The notes below the pieces were generated by a model. That model ran no database searches and was not told the origin of the DNA. It was given only the letters and a program-made list of their open reading frames with translations. Positions 19,457-28,797 of a DNA stretch of 64,000 nucleotides are shown one piece after another. The stretch covers positions 4,736,001 through 4,800,000 of the forward strand of contig OZ240248.1 of the NCBI GenBank assembly GCA_965198235.1. Reading direction: 5' to 3'. Made by a program: the position numbers and the translations under genes. The first letter of the stretch is position 1. Each line of letters starts with the position of its first letter. This DNA comes from Candidatus Poribacteria bacterium (GTDB lineage Bacteria; Poribacteria; WGA-4E; WGA-3G).

Positions 19457-20590
19457 CTATTCCTCAATCGCTTCAACGTTGGCACGAGGCAAAATGGTTT
19501 GTTGACCGTCTTCGAGTTCGACGCGCAACACCCGTACCTGCGCTTCTGTTTCCAAATTCTGAAGTTCTACTGGCAGTTCCGTAACGCGTCCCAATTTCCC
19601 GAAATACGGTTCCCGGATGATGCGGACCGAGCTGCCAATCTCCAGAATACCTTCGGTGGTATTATCCTCCGCATCGGATGCTGTCTCGGCAGCTTCTGGC
19701 ACTATCGGAATCACGATCTCTGGACGGACGACTCCGGCACGAATTTGCGTCGCACCGTTGATAGAGGTTTTCATGCCTTCCCGCGCTTTCAAGAGCGCAA
19801 ACGTTTGTTCCGCCATCGCGATACTTCCGAACCCTTCTGTGATAACCAGCGTAATCCCAATCTCCTCAGACCCTGTAATCGCAACGCCGAGTTCATAGCC
19901 GAGAAGCTCCCGCAGATCCGCATCATCAATCCCGCCGGCAATAATGCCTTTCACACCCTGTTGAATCGCTTTCTGAATTGCATCAGTCGTGACCAGCGAA
20001 CCGCCGACCAGAATGTTATCTCGGTGTTCAGGCAGAATTTGTTCTGCAGCCAGCTCGGCACTCGGAGCAGCCACAGCGACAGTCAAATTTCCAACTGTTT
20101 CGCCGCCGACCCCGAAGATGCCTTGGATATAGGTGCCGTAAGTCTCTACTGTGACTCCTTCATTCGGGACGATCTCCGTTACTGTGCCGTCCGTGTAAGC
20201 CTTGACTTCCACCGGAATGGGTGGTTCGCGGAGAATGACCTGCCCTGTAACATCGGACACGGCTTCGATTGTGCCATCAATCGGTGAACGCGCCTGCGAT
20301 TTGAAAAGCCCAAAAAGCCCTTTAGTCGTGGCGATAATCTCATCTTTGGTAATAGTTTCGCCGACAGGTTTGAGCATGTATTCTATAACTTCTTCCGCGG
20401 GGACACTGAGCAGATTGGCAACGTTTAGTAGTTGGACGTTGCCCGGCAGATCCGCTTTCGCAACGACATCCTCTGCTTGGACTGTTGTACCGGCTTCGAC
20501 GAGCACCTCGCCTTGGAGCGGGAGCCGCCGTTCTTTCTGAATTGTCATTCCCTCGGTAACCTTAAGACCGGGAGTATACGCATGCGCCAT
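19457..20590 (-). CDS. Conserved hypothetical protein with barrel-sandwich-hybrid-like N-terminus and KOW-like C-terminus
   Basis: 377-aa ORF with GAGGT RBS; SPIDGTI hybrid motifs; GSSVRIIREPYFGKLGRV KOW-like segment. Confidence 0.75.
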   Translation of the reverse strand: MAHAYTPGLKVTEGMTIQKERRLPLQGEVLVEAGTTVQAEDVVAKADLPGNVQLLNVANLLSVPAEEVIEYMLKPVGETITKDEIIATTKGLFGLFKSQARSPIDGTIEAVSDVTGQVILREPPIPVEVKAYTDGTVTEIVPNEGVTVETYGTYIQGIFGVGGETVGNLTVAVAAPSAELAAEQILPEHRDNILVGGSLVTTDAIQKAIQQGVKGIIAGGIDDADLRELLGYELGVAITGSEEIGITLVITEGFGSIAMAEQTFALLKAREGMKTSINGATQIRAGVVRPEIVIPIVPEAAETASDAEDNTTEGILEIGSSVRIIREPYFGKLGRVTELPVELQNLETEAQVRVLRVELEDGQQTILPRANVEAIEE

Positions 20591-20699
20591 TCATTAACCT
20601 CAATTGTAAAATGTAATCTGTTTCTATGAGTTCGGTAAATAACGTGAGTTCGGTAAAAAATTTCCACTGGTAGTGCAAACTGTTAGTTTCCTTGTTTTC

Positions 20700-21215
20700 G
20701 TCCAAGTACATAGGGAGAGCATTGATCCATCAAAGACTATCGATCCGAGTCCCTATCTGCTTTCAAGAGGTTTTAAAAGGTGTCAAATGCCAACACCCTA
20801 CCTTTAAAACCCTTATGCTAACAGGGACCGACTTTTTTTCAACGTCCCTCCGGTGGGCAAAAGCGATAAAAATCAGGGTGTGGGTCTCCTTTTTCTCTGA
20901 AAGGTCTGTAGGAATTCCTGGCTACCTTTTAAGGTCGCATTTTCTCAATGCGGGTGTGGGTTTGTATGCGATTAGAGATTGTATGGTTTCCTACATTCAT
21001 TGGACAAAAGCAAGGTAGTTTGCGCAGAACCCGACACAAACTATGGTAGATATCAGAATTAATTGGACACTCTCAAACAGACCTGAAGGCCACTTAGCAG
21101 CCTCGAGACAGACACAAACTACACGCCAAAAGTCCCCTGACATGTACAGTGTCAGTTTTGATACCGGCATCCTACGTCTCGACGGAGTCTTTAGCATACA
21201 CAAAGTGATACACAG
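20700..21215 (-). ncRNA. Candidate large structured non-coding RNA or leader
   Basis: No credible ORF; nested long-range complementarities, duplicated motifs and an upstream extended -10 (see findings). Confidence 0.55.
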
Positions 21216-21221
21216 CAATAT

Positions 21222-21254
21222 ATTATACCATTTTAGTTACGTTTATGGTAGAAT
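21222..21254. promoter_or_regulatory. Back-to-back extended -10 promoters
   Basis: TGGTATAAT on minus (21230-21222) and TGGTAGAAT on plus (21246-21254). Confidence 0.6.
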
Positions 21255-21285
21255 GCAATCAGAATTCAAACGAGGTGGAACAACA

Positions 21286-21722
21286 TTCAGATACTTCACG
21301 CTAAAGCGTGGAGATTGTAGAATATCGCCAGCCAAGGCGGGATCCTGCAACGTGAGAATCTGAATAGAGTCATATATCGTGGTATCTGGGTGTGGCAGCC
21401 CGAACGACGTGTGTTAAAAGGTAATATTCTGTGGTGGGATATTGCTCAAGGATGCTCCCTAAGTCCCACTCCTCTCGGATACCGCGATCTCGATGGGGCA
21501 ACATACAACCCGAAAGGGATTTACCTGCTTTCTCAAAGGCACCGGGTCAGGTCAAGTAAGTGAGTAGTGCGAGCCCCACCCAACGAAGCAGCCCACCAGA
21601 GAGGATCGCCCACGTGTCTGTGGGGAAAAAACAACACGCCCCACATTTGGGGAATTTTAAAACAAAGGAGGCAGGCTTTCCCCTTCATGCTAAAGCATGG
21701 AGTCCCCAGCTTGAAGAATTTA
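21286..21722 (+). mobile_element. Non-autonomous IS200/IS605-type element carrying an omegaRNA (HEARO-like) scaffold, without an IscB/IsrB ORF
   Basis: Matching subterminal hairpins CTTCACGC-TAAA-GCGTGGAG and CTTCATGC-TAAA-GCATGGAG; internal GCCAGCC, GGATGCTCCCTAAGTCC and ACCCGAAAGGG motifs. Confidence 0.7.
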
Positions 21723-22577
21723 ATGGCAACCAAGAGCGTTGTTTACAAAACCGATAAAATCATGCCGACATGGGCACAACTCGCTGAGATGGGACGCGAT
21801 CTCAGGTTTTACCCAAGCCTTACCAAGCATCCGAAAGTACTGACCCAGGAACAGGTAGCTCACTTCAACAACGTCGGCTATATCAAAGGTATCCCGATTT
21901 TCGATGACGCTGAAATCGGTGAACACCGTCAATACTTTGATGCCCTGTTAGCAAGCGTCATGGCAGAAGGCGGAAGCAGTTATTCAATTATCTCCGCGCA
22001 CATGAAATACGGAAAGGTCTATGACCTTCTCACACACCCAAGGATTGTCGCTTGTGTGAAGGACCTGATCGGCGAGGACGTTATCGGTTGGGGTGCGCAC
22101 TACTTCTGCAAAATGCCGCACGACTCGAAAACTGTCGGCTGGCATCAAGATGCCGGTTACTGGCCCCTCTCCCCTTCCAAGACGGTTACCGTCTGGCTCG
22201 CGATTGACGATGCTGCCATTAAAAATGGTGCGATGCGGTTTATCGCAGGTTCACATCACCTTGGGCATTTAACCGCTCGGCACAGCGAACCCAATGACAA
22301 TAGCGTCCTGGGTCAAATCGTTGAAAACGCAGAGCAGCACGGCAAACCGGTGGATGTTGAACTCAAAGCGGGTGAAATTTCTATCCACACGGACCTACTC
22401 TTGCATGGGTCGAACGCCAATCCTTCGCCGAGGCGACGCTGCGGTCTCACCTTACGCTACTGCACCTCCGATGTCCAAGCGTCCTATCGCTGGGATAGGG
22501 AAGGTGTTGTCGTGAGTGGAAAAGATAATGATGGCCACTGGGACAACCCACCACGTCCGGCTAGTGATGGCAATTAG
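21723..22577 (+). CDS. Phytanoyl-CoA dioxygenase (PhyH) family Fe(II)/2OG oxygenase
   Basis: WHQD, VWLAIDDA..NGAMRFIAGSH, LLHGS..N.S.RRR. Confidence 0.9.
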   Translation: MATKSVVYKTDKIMPTWAQLAEMGRDLRFYPSLTKHPKVLTQEQVAHFNNVGYIKGIPIFDDAEIGEHRQYFDALLASVMAEGGSSYSIISAHMKYGKVYDLLTHPRIVACVKDLIGEDVIGWGAHYFCKMPHDSKTVGWHQDAGYWPLSPSKTVTVWLAIDDAAIKNGAMRFIAGSHHLGHLTARHSEPNDNSVLGQIVENAEQHGKPVDVELKAGEISIHTDLLLHGSNANPSPRRRCGLTLRYCTSDVQASYRWDREGVVVSGKDNDGHWDNPPRPASDGN

Positions 22578-22701
22578 GGATATATTTCTGCGATGCTACG
22601 GGATACATTGTTATTAAAATGATACCACATTTGGTGAGAACAGTCAAAAAGGATCTATCCCATCAAATGTGGCAGTTTCCGAACCGCGGCTTCTCCTTAT
22701 T

Positions 22702-24159
22702 TTATTTCACATCGCCTTTCAAAAACGCTAAGACAGCCGCCATAAATAGGAGTAGCGCGAGTGAGATTAATAACATCAGGTCCAACAGTGCTCCTTTGAA
22801 GGTAATACCTAAGGTCAGTTTTTCTGAAAATTTAGGAATGCTATTAAAAGCGACCGGTTTTTGGGATAAGCCTTCTTTTACGAGATAAACATGGTAGCTT
22901 TCGTTGTCTGCTCTGTCCTCTGATTCGATGAAGTCGACGAACTGTTTTCTATAGCGGCGTGCTTGTTGGACAAACCTCTTATGTCTGGCGAACCCTGTAT
23001 CAGCCAGAGATTCCAAGGCGTATTTGTAGATAGTCGCCGGGGATAGCCTCGTAATTTGCTGCGTAAACCTAACCTGAGCAAACTGCTTATCCAGATGCTC
23101 ATCGTCAAACCTACTCTTCGTATTCGCGCGTTCAGTGAGATAGCCAGCCCACGTTCTGAGTGCCTCAATATTGGGTGGATTGTCGGAAGGAGAGCCGAAT
23201 TGGAAAAGCTTTCTACCTTCCCAGTATCGCTCATGGATTTCATCCAGTTTTGCTTCCTTTAACCGAGAAACTTCGCTTCTGGAAGGCACCTGCCGGAAAC
23301 CGCTTGCCAATGCACCCATTGTGTTCGGAATAAGCACCACAAATACGACCCAAATTAGAAGTAGGACCAGCAAGCTGCTTGACGAATTGGAAAATTGGCT
23401 TGAGATACACAGTCCAAGCCATAGGAATATTGAGATATAGATGGCGGAAATGACAAAGATTATCCCTATCCGCGCCCATTCGCTTCCGTTAAGGGACACC
23501 AGTTCCGACGCGCTGACGACCATTAAATTCAGTAGTATCCCGATCAATAGAGGTAGCATGAGGGTAAGAAACGCACCGATAAACTTTGCCAGAAGCACGG
23601 TGGCACGGGATACCGAATTAGACATGAGTAAGCTTAAGGTCCCTATTTCACGCTCTCCAGAGATTGCATCGTAAGTAAAGAGGATCGCCATGAAACTCAT
23701 AACCAACCCGATGATGAACGTCCAGTCTAATTCCGTAAAATTTGGCAGCGCATCATTTTTGCGAAAGACATCTTGTGAATATTCAAGCCACCAATTGTTT
23801 GAATGTGAGTAGTGAAAATTGGGGGCATTCCAGTTGCTGCCGGAAGAGGCATTCCCGGTGACCCGCTTCGGCAATTTCGCGTCTGCACCCGTAGCGATAA
23901 ACGCCAATGGACTTGGCTTCTTATAGAGATCTCCTGGACCTTTTACACCTAACTCACCGAGAGTGACACTTCGTTCCCTCATTGATTCTGTCGCGGCGTT
24001 GATGTCTTGGGAATACTGTGCTATTCTTCGCGGATATTGACTACTCACAAATATCACGGCATTCATCACCATCAGTGCCATTACCAAAATCACCGTGAGG
24101 GCAAACCGAAAACGGGTCAGGTTATCAAGGATTTCTCGTTTTGCTATGTGCCAAATCAT
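22702..24159 (-). CDS. ABC-2 type transporter permease
   Basis: IAKREILDN; YDAISGEREIGTLSLLMSNSVSR; multiple TM helices. Confidence 0.85.
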   Translation of the reverse strand: MIWHIAKREILDNLTRFRFALTVILVMALMVMNAVIFVSSQYPRRIAQYSQDINAATESMRERSVTLGELGVKGPGDLYKKPSPLAFIATGADAKLPKRVTGNASSGSNWNAPNFHYSHSNNWWLEYSQDVFRKNDALPNFTELDWTFIIGLVMSFMAILFTYDAISGEREIGTLSLLMSNSVSRATVLLAKFIGAFLTLMLPLLIGILLNLMVVSASELVSLNGSEWARIGIIFVISAIYISIFLWLGLCISSQFSNSSSSLLVLLLIWVVFVVLIPNTMGALASGFRQVPSRSEVSRLKEAKLDEIHERYWEGRKLFQFGSPSDNPPNIEALRTWAGYLTERANTKSRFDDEHLDKQFAQVRFTQQITRLSPATIYKYALESLADTGFARHKRFVQQARRYRKQFVDFIESEDRADNESYHVYLVKEGLSQKPVAFNSIPKFSEKLTLGITFKGALLDLMLLISLALLLFMAAVLAFLKGDVK

Positions 24160-24237
24160 GTTACCCTCTTTTTGTCATACCAACTGAACGACGAGCAATG
24201 AATGGTTTCCCTACTACAAACAATGCAGATTTGTCTC

Positions 24238-25740
24238 CTATATGACATCGTAGCGCAGGAACGAGATGAATGTGCCCATGAAGAACAGCATGTTTAATAT
24301 CGCAAGTATTATAATATCCGGTAGTGCACGTTGCAGACTACCACCGATACCCTCGCTCTGTTCTTTAAATCTGGGCATGCCGCTTAGGTCAAGAGCCCCT
24401 TGAGCTCCATCCGTTGTAAACCATCTACGTGAGAAGAATATTTTTTCATCTTTCATATATTCAACCCATTCACGACGATATTGTCGAGTCTGTTCCATAA
24501 ACTGCCAGAAACTTCCCAAGTCTGTTTCGGCAAGAATTGCAGCGGCATTGTAGTAAACGGCTGTCGGAGATATACGGGATATGTTTAGTGCTAACAGAGA
24601 CTGTCGGTTCAGATTTTCGTCGAGATACACTTTACGTATTTGCCATATCCTGTCGGCGTATTGTGTCCGTAAATTTTCCTTGAATCCACAAAATTCTTGG
24701 ATAAATGGTATACCCTCTTCGTTTGCAAAACCGCTCATCCCTATGGTTTCTCCACTGCCATAAAAACTTCTGTCTGAGCTTAAGCCAAGACTACGAGGTT
24801 TGGCATGCTCCCAAGGATTTTCGACACCGCGTTTCTTCAAATACTCTTCAACTTTGGTCTCAAATTCCGTCCATAGTTCATCCGCCTGTGTTTTGGGCGA
24901 TTGTTCTGATTGAATTGGACTCGCATGTTCTACCAATAAAACTGTTAAATTCGGAACGATAAGCACGAAAAACACCCAGACGCACATTGAGAACATCAGC
25001 GTGATAGAGGCTCGATGGGTTCGAGTGGAAAGGAAAAGCCCAATGAGAAAAAAGAGGGAGACGTAAAGCATAGATACGAGGAAGATTAACAATATCCGTA
25101 TCCAATCTGAACTACTGAAGGAAACATAGGCGGAAAATTGTATCACCAACAAGCCGCCCACAAAACTCGCTGTAAGTGGGAGAGAAATAGATGCCATCCC
25201 GGCAATATATTTTCCCAAGAGCAGCGTAGGTCTCGGAATGGCACAAGAGAGTGTTAATCTCAAAGTCCCTGCTTCCTTCTCTCGCGATATAGCGTCGTAA
25301 GAGAAAAGCAGCGCGAGCAGACTCATCACCACTTGACAGATGACCGTGAAGTCAATAGAGGAAAAGATGTTCAAATATGGATTATCAGAGCCGTGTTGTT
25401 CGGCAACGGCAGGAACAGATCCGTGCGCTACTGCTACCGAATTGCCCTTCCTTTTGTCCACGCCTTCGTTGAAGATGCTCAACAGTTTCGGTTTCCTATT
25501 ACATTTCAGTCTACGAGTTTGTCCGATTTGCCCGAATTCAGAGTATTTTTTGACCTGTCTTATCTCATCTTCATTTTCTCGGAGAGCCGTTTGGTAGCTT
25601 TGCAGTCTATCCTCGTAACCTCTGGTCAGAACAAAGAGATTGGTCACAATCAGGGAAAAATAGATGAGTAGTCCCATGAGGAATCTGAAACTTAAGATAT
25701 TTGATGTGATTTCTCTTCTAACAATTGTCCAAAGCATCAC
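24238..25740 (-). CDS. ABC-2 type transporter permease (paralog of the downstream gene)
   Basis: IVRREITSN; YDAISREKEAGTLRLTLS; multiple TM helices. Confidence 0.85.
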   Translation of the reverse strand: MMLWTIVRREITSNILSFRFLMGLLIYFSLIVTNLFVLTRGYEDRLQSYQTALRENEDEIRQVKKYSEFGQIGQTRRLKCNRKPKLLSIFNEGVDKRKGNSVAVAHGSVPAVAEQHGSDNPYLNIFSSIDFTVICQVVMSLLALLFSYDAISREKEAGTLRLTLSCAIPRPTLLLGKYIAGMASISLPLTASFVGGLLVIQFSAYVSFSSSDWIRILLIFLVSMLYVSLFFLIGLFLSTRTHRASITLMFSMCVWVFFVLIVPNLTVLLVEHASPIQSEQSPKTQADELWTEFETKVEEYLKKRGVENPWEHAKPRSLGLSSDRSFYGSGETIGMSGFANEEGIPFIQEFCGFKENLRTQYADRIWQIRKVYLDENLNRQSLLALNISRISPTAVYYNAAAILAETDLGSFWQFMEQTRQYRREWVEYMKDEKIFFSRRWFTTDGAQGALDLSGMPRFKEQSEGIGGSLQRALPDIIILAILNMLFFMGTFISFLRYDVI

Positions 25741-25814
25741 GTTACCTTAGTTATACAAAGTATAGATAGTTTTCACTTCTGCTTCTACTCGTTCCCAATA
25801 GATAACATTCGGAT

Positions 25815-25916
25815 TCAAAAGTTTTCAGTGACGCGCCACTTCTCCACTAACTTCGCGAAGGCTGTTTCGTCACCTGCAAGGGTATGGCGAATCAAGGCAG
25901 CATCATCGTTTCTCAT
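25815..25916 (-). pseudogene. N-terminal stub of an ECF sigma factor
   Basis: AGGAGGT RBS, then MRNDDAALIRHTLAGDETAFAKLVEK, similar to DAELVVAALAGNTQAFDVLVTR of the sigma at 52799; stops after 33 aa. Confidence 0.7.
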
Positions 25917-25984
25917 CAGGACCTCCTATTGATACGGGGAACTTGAGTTTCAATTTTTAGCATTCATCCAATTTTTGACTTAGT

Positions 25985-26010
25985 GACGCGAATCGAGGGA
26001 GAAGGTTGCA
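25985..26010 (-). promoter_or_regulatory. ECF-type promoter
   Basis: TGCAAC-N16-CGTC, similar to the SigW/SigX/SigM consensus, upstream of the ECF stub. Confidence 0.55.
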
Positions 26011-26113
26011 TAATTCTGCAAATTGGCAAATAGGCGCGTTTCACGGGAAACAGCATTAATCACTTGAGAAAGAGAAGGTATTGTTATGAGTGGAAAGGAG
26101 AGAACCACCGTTG

Positions 26114-26665
26114 CTATTCTGTCTCGTCGGGGTCCTCCTGAAATTCGTAGAAACTGTCGAAAATCTCAATATCACTTGGCGCGTATTGCTCCCCATAAGC
26201 GGACTTGATGCTATTCCATAACCGATTTAAGACTCTTTCACTCTTCAATTCGTTGTAGTTGATTTCCCCTATCGCTTTCTCTATGCAGTCGGCAACAATA
26301 ACTAAAAGGATATCTGGAATTTCGGCATCCTCATCGATGATATCGTCAACAGTTTCCCATACTGCGTGCTTGAACAGGGTTGGCAGGCGATTGATATGGT
26401 GGAGTACCACTTGTGTTACGAGGACAATAAAACATGACACGCGAGGGATAGAGACATCTTTGGCGGTATCGTGCGCATCCAAATCTTCAGGTATGCCGAT
26501 TTCGTCGACATGGGCAACAACGCCTTGGTGGATAAATCCTATGCGAAAGTCAAAGTTCTTGTGCATTTCCTCTTGAAAAAGTGGTGCACAGTGGTCTGGT
26601 GCAAGTCGCAGGCACTCCGCTTTTAGGATTTGCTTGTCAATTCTTGTCTGTTTTTTCTTTCTCAT
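26114..26665 (-). CDS. Hypothetical protein
   Basis: 183-aa ORF with GGAGG upstream; no recognised motif. Confidence 0.65.
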   Translation of the reverse strand: MRKKKQTRIDKQILKAECLRLAPDHCAPLFQEEMHKNFDFRIGFIHQGVVAHVDEIGIPEDLDAHDTAKDVSIPRVSCFIVLVTQVVLHHINRLPTLFKHAVWETVDDIIDEDAEIPDILLVIVADCIEKAIGEINYNELKSERVLNRLWNSIKSAYGEQYAPSDIEIFDSFYEFQEDPDETE

Positions 26666-26735
26666 CGGTCTTTGAGCTTTCCTCCGAAGTCTTCAAACGT
26701 GGGAGGAAAGCCCACTCCTATAAAACTTCGTAAGT

Positions 26736-27530
26736 TTAAACCGTATCCAAAAATCCCAACTCACGCAACCGATCAATCCACTGCTGCCGTTTTTCACTGC
26801 CCTCTGGGTTAGCGACCCAGCGTGGATCGTAGAGTGGCGCGCCCGGTCGGTTAAAGTGTTCAGGACTCTTCGCATTGCTGCGCGCCCGGTCGCGTGTGGC
26901 AGCATCTTCTACTGGAGTTTTCGGATTGTTATAGTAAACCATAGTGCACATTCGACGGTCATCGCTGCCACCCCAACTGGCATGCCAGCACCGCATATCG
27001 AAAGCGACCACGTCGCCCGGTTCCGATTTGCAAACATAACCCGGAACGTCGCAAATCTCCAGCCCCAACTCGTTCAAATTTTCCCGCAGATCGTTGTGCA
27101 TCGAATTTTTGTGAGAGCCGGGAATCAACCGTAACGCCCCGTTTTCGGCATCAACGGGTTCAAGATAATATGCAAATTTCACCCCGTAGCAATCCTTACT
27201 TGGATCAACGTTATGGTCGGGGTGCCAACCTGTATTGCCTACATAACGGTTCGCATCCGAAACAACGAAAAAGACATCATCACCGTATAGTTGCTCTGCC
27301 ACCCCGCAGAACCGCGAGTCTTCCGGCAGGTTCGCGAAGAATGGGGTTTCGGGTCCCATCATCGGCAGCCAATGTCGGTGCGTTCCATCAAAGGGTGCAT
27401 GACGATATGCAGATGCCATCGCCGCTTCAAACTCCTCGTGTACCGTGTTCAGTTCGTCTTGGCTGAACACTTGCCGAAAAATGAGGAATCCTAAGGTGTC
27501 GAAATGCTTGATTTGCTGTTCTGTGAGCAT
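26736..27530 (-). CDS. PhyH family dioxygenase
   Basis: MLTEQQIKHFDTLGFL, WHPD, NGALRLIPGSH, WHAS...RR. Confidence 0.88.
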   Translation of the reverse strand: MLTEQQIKHFDTLGFLIFRQVFSQDELNTVHEEFEAAMASAYRHAPFDGTHRHWLPMMGPETPFFANLPEDSRFCGVAEQLYGDDVFFVVSDANRYVGNTGWHPDHNVDPSKDCYGVKFAYYLEPVDAENGALRLIPGSHKNSMHNDLRENLNELGLEICDVPGYVCKSEPGDVVAFDMRCWHASWGGSDDRRMCTMVYYNNPKTPVEDAATRDRARSNAKSPEHFNRPGAPLYDPRWVANPEGSEKRQQWIDRLRELGFLDTV

Positions 27531-27554
27531 GGTGTTCCTCCGCGTTTTATAGAG

Positions 27555-28769
27555 TTACGAATCAACAGTAACTGATACGGTTTCCCAACTATTAATAAAA
27601 TCCTCAACGCTGAAATCCGTGGGCATATCGTTCGGATTATAGTCAGACATTCGTTGGAAGCCGGGTTGATAGGTCTCCTCTGGGAGTTTCAACTTTTCGT
27701 CAAGTGGCTCGAATCGCCGCCAGAGTCCGGCTGCCTGTTCAGGAGTAAAGTGATTTCCAAGATAGGTGATGTCTCGACCGTTCCCCCATAGAGAGGCAGG
27801 ATTCGCAGTTGTGTGCTTTAAGTTATACAGTTTGCCAGCCAGTTTTGAGAGCATAACGACGGTCACCATCTGCTCATGTGACGAGGGATGCAACGCCTCC
27901 AGTTCAGCGCGGAATCTGTCTGCATCTCCGTTAATGATGGTATTGAAGATAGCGGCTATCCGATCGAACTCCTGAAAAAAGAGCGCGTCCCATGCCTCAA
28001 ACTGTTCGCGTGCTGTATTTGAGAGATGGTGATAGAACCCCGGTTCCCAGTGTCGCCAATGGACATTGGGTAAAGCCGCAAATCCGAATGGACGGTAACC
28101 CGGATGCAGTGTGCGCCGCATCTTACTGCTGTAATAACTTCCCCAGTGCAGCAATAGATGTGTGTACACGACACCATCTCCAGCGTTCAGTTCGACAGAC
28201 ATCCCGTCCGGCAATGGAACAGACGGATTTTCTGCGAGTTGTTGGCACTCTGCCTCGGTATTGATTCGGTGGTGACTGCGCGGGACAATCCAGAATACAC
28301 TATCGTCATACAAGGCAATATTCCATTGGAGATAACTCGGTCCGTGGTGTTCCATATTTGAGATCATTCCACGCAGTGGCGCAGGTTCACCGGGACCGAT
28401 GTCGCGGTGCCAGCGCATCGGACCGGCATCGTGGTTCCCACTACAAATACAGGCAAATTGGTGCGGCACGACATGCTCTGCTTTCATCAACTGCTGGCTA
28501 ACCCCGAGCGTGTTCTCATGAAGCAGAAATTCGATTGCCGAGCCAGACATCTCATCACAGTCGGTGTCAAATTTCAGGCGCGGTTGAGCAGAACTTTCCC
28601 AATCCCCGCCTTGTGGATCGGTGGGAAAACGTCGTTGCGCAGAAAGTTCTTTTCTCCGACTGACCATGTGTTCGATACTACGGCGCAACGGTTCGAGTCG
28701 TGCCTTCGGCACGACGGATCGCAGAATGTTGTAACCTTCCTCTCTGAACTGTTGTCGATCGACTTGCAT
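27555..28769 (-). CDS. PhyH family dioxygenase with C-terminal extension
   Basis: QFREEGY, WHRD, IVPRSH, LLHWGS..RRTLH; start may be 28790. Confidence 0.8.
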   Translation of the reverse strand: MQVDRQQFREEGYNILRSVVPKARLEPLRRSIEHMVSRRKELSAQRRFPTDPQGGDWESSAQPRLKFDTDCDEMSGSAIEFLLHENTLGVSQQLMKAEHVVPHQFACICSGNHDAGPMRWHRDIGPGEPAPLRGMISNMEHHGPSYLQWNIALYDDSVFWIVPRSHHRINTEAECQQLAENPSVPLPDGMSVELNAGDGVVYTHLLLHWGSYYSSKMRRTLHPGYRPFGFAALPNVHWRHWEPGFYHHLSNTAREQFEAWDALFFQEFDRIAAIFNTIINGDADRFRAELEALHPSSHEQMVTVVMLSKLAGKLYNLKHTTANPASLWGNGRDITYLGNHFTPEQAAGLWRRFEPLDEKLKLPEETYQPGFQRMSDYNPNDMPTDFSVEDFINSWETVSVTVDS

Positions 28770-28797
28770 GATATGTTTCCTCTTCCTCACGCGGGTT

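Noticed and set aside
19499-20287. 262-aa plus-strand ORF
   Set aside because: Antisense shadow of the 19457-20590 gene
20692-21363. ORFs 20692-21018, 20997-21218 and 21043-21363
   Set aside because: No recognisable motifs or convincing RBS, and they overlap each other; structured RNA and an element end explain the region better
21567-21722. 52-aa N-terminal extension of the PhyH ORF
   Set aside because: Reads through the inserted element's right end; the likely native start is 21723
21286-21722. Group I intron / IStron interpretation
   Set aside because: No recognisable group I P7 (R/S) core sequences seen
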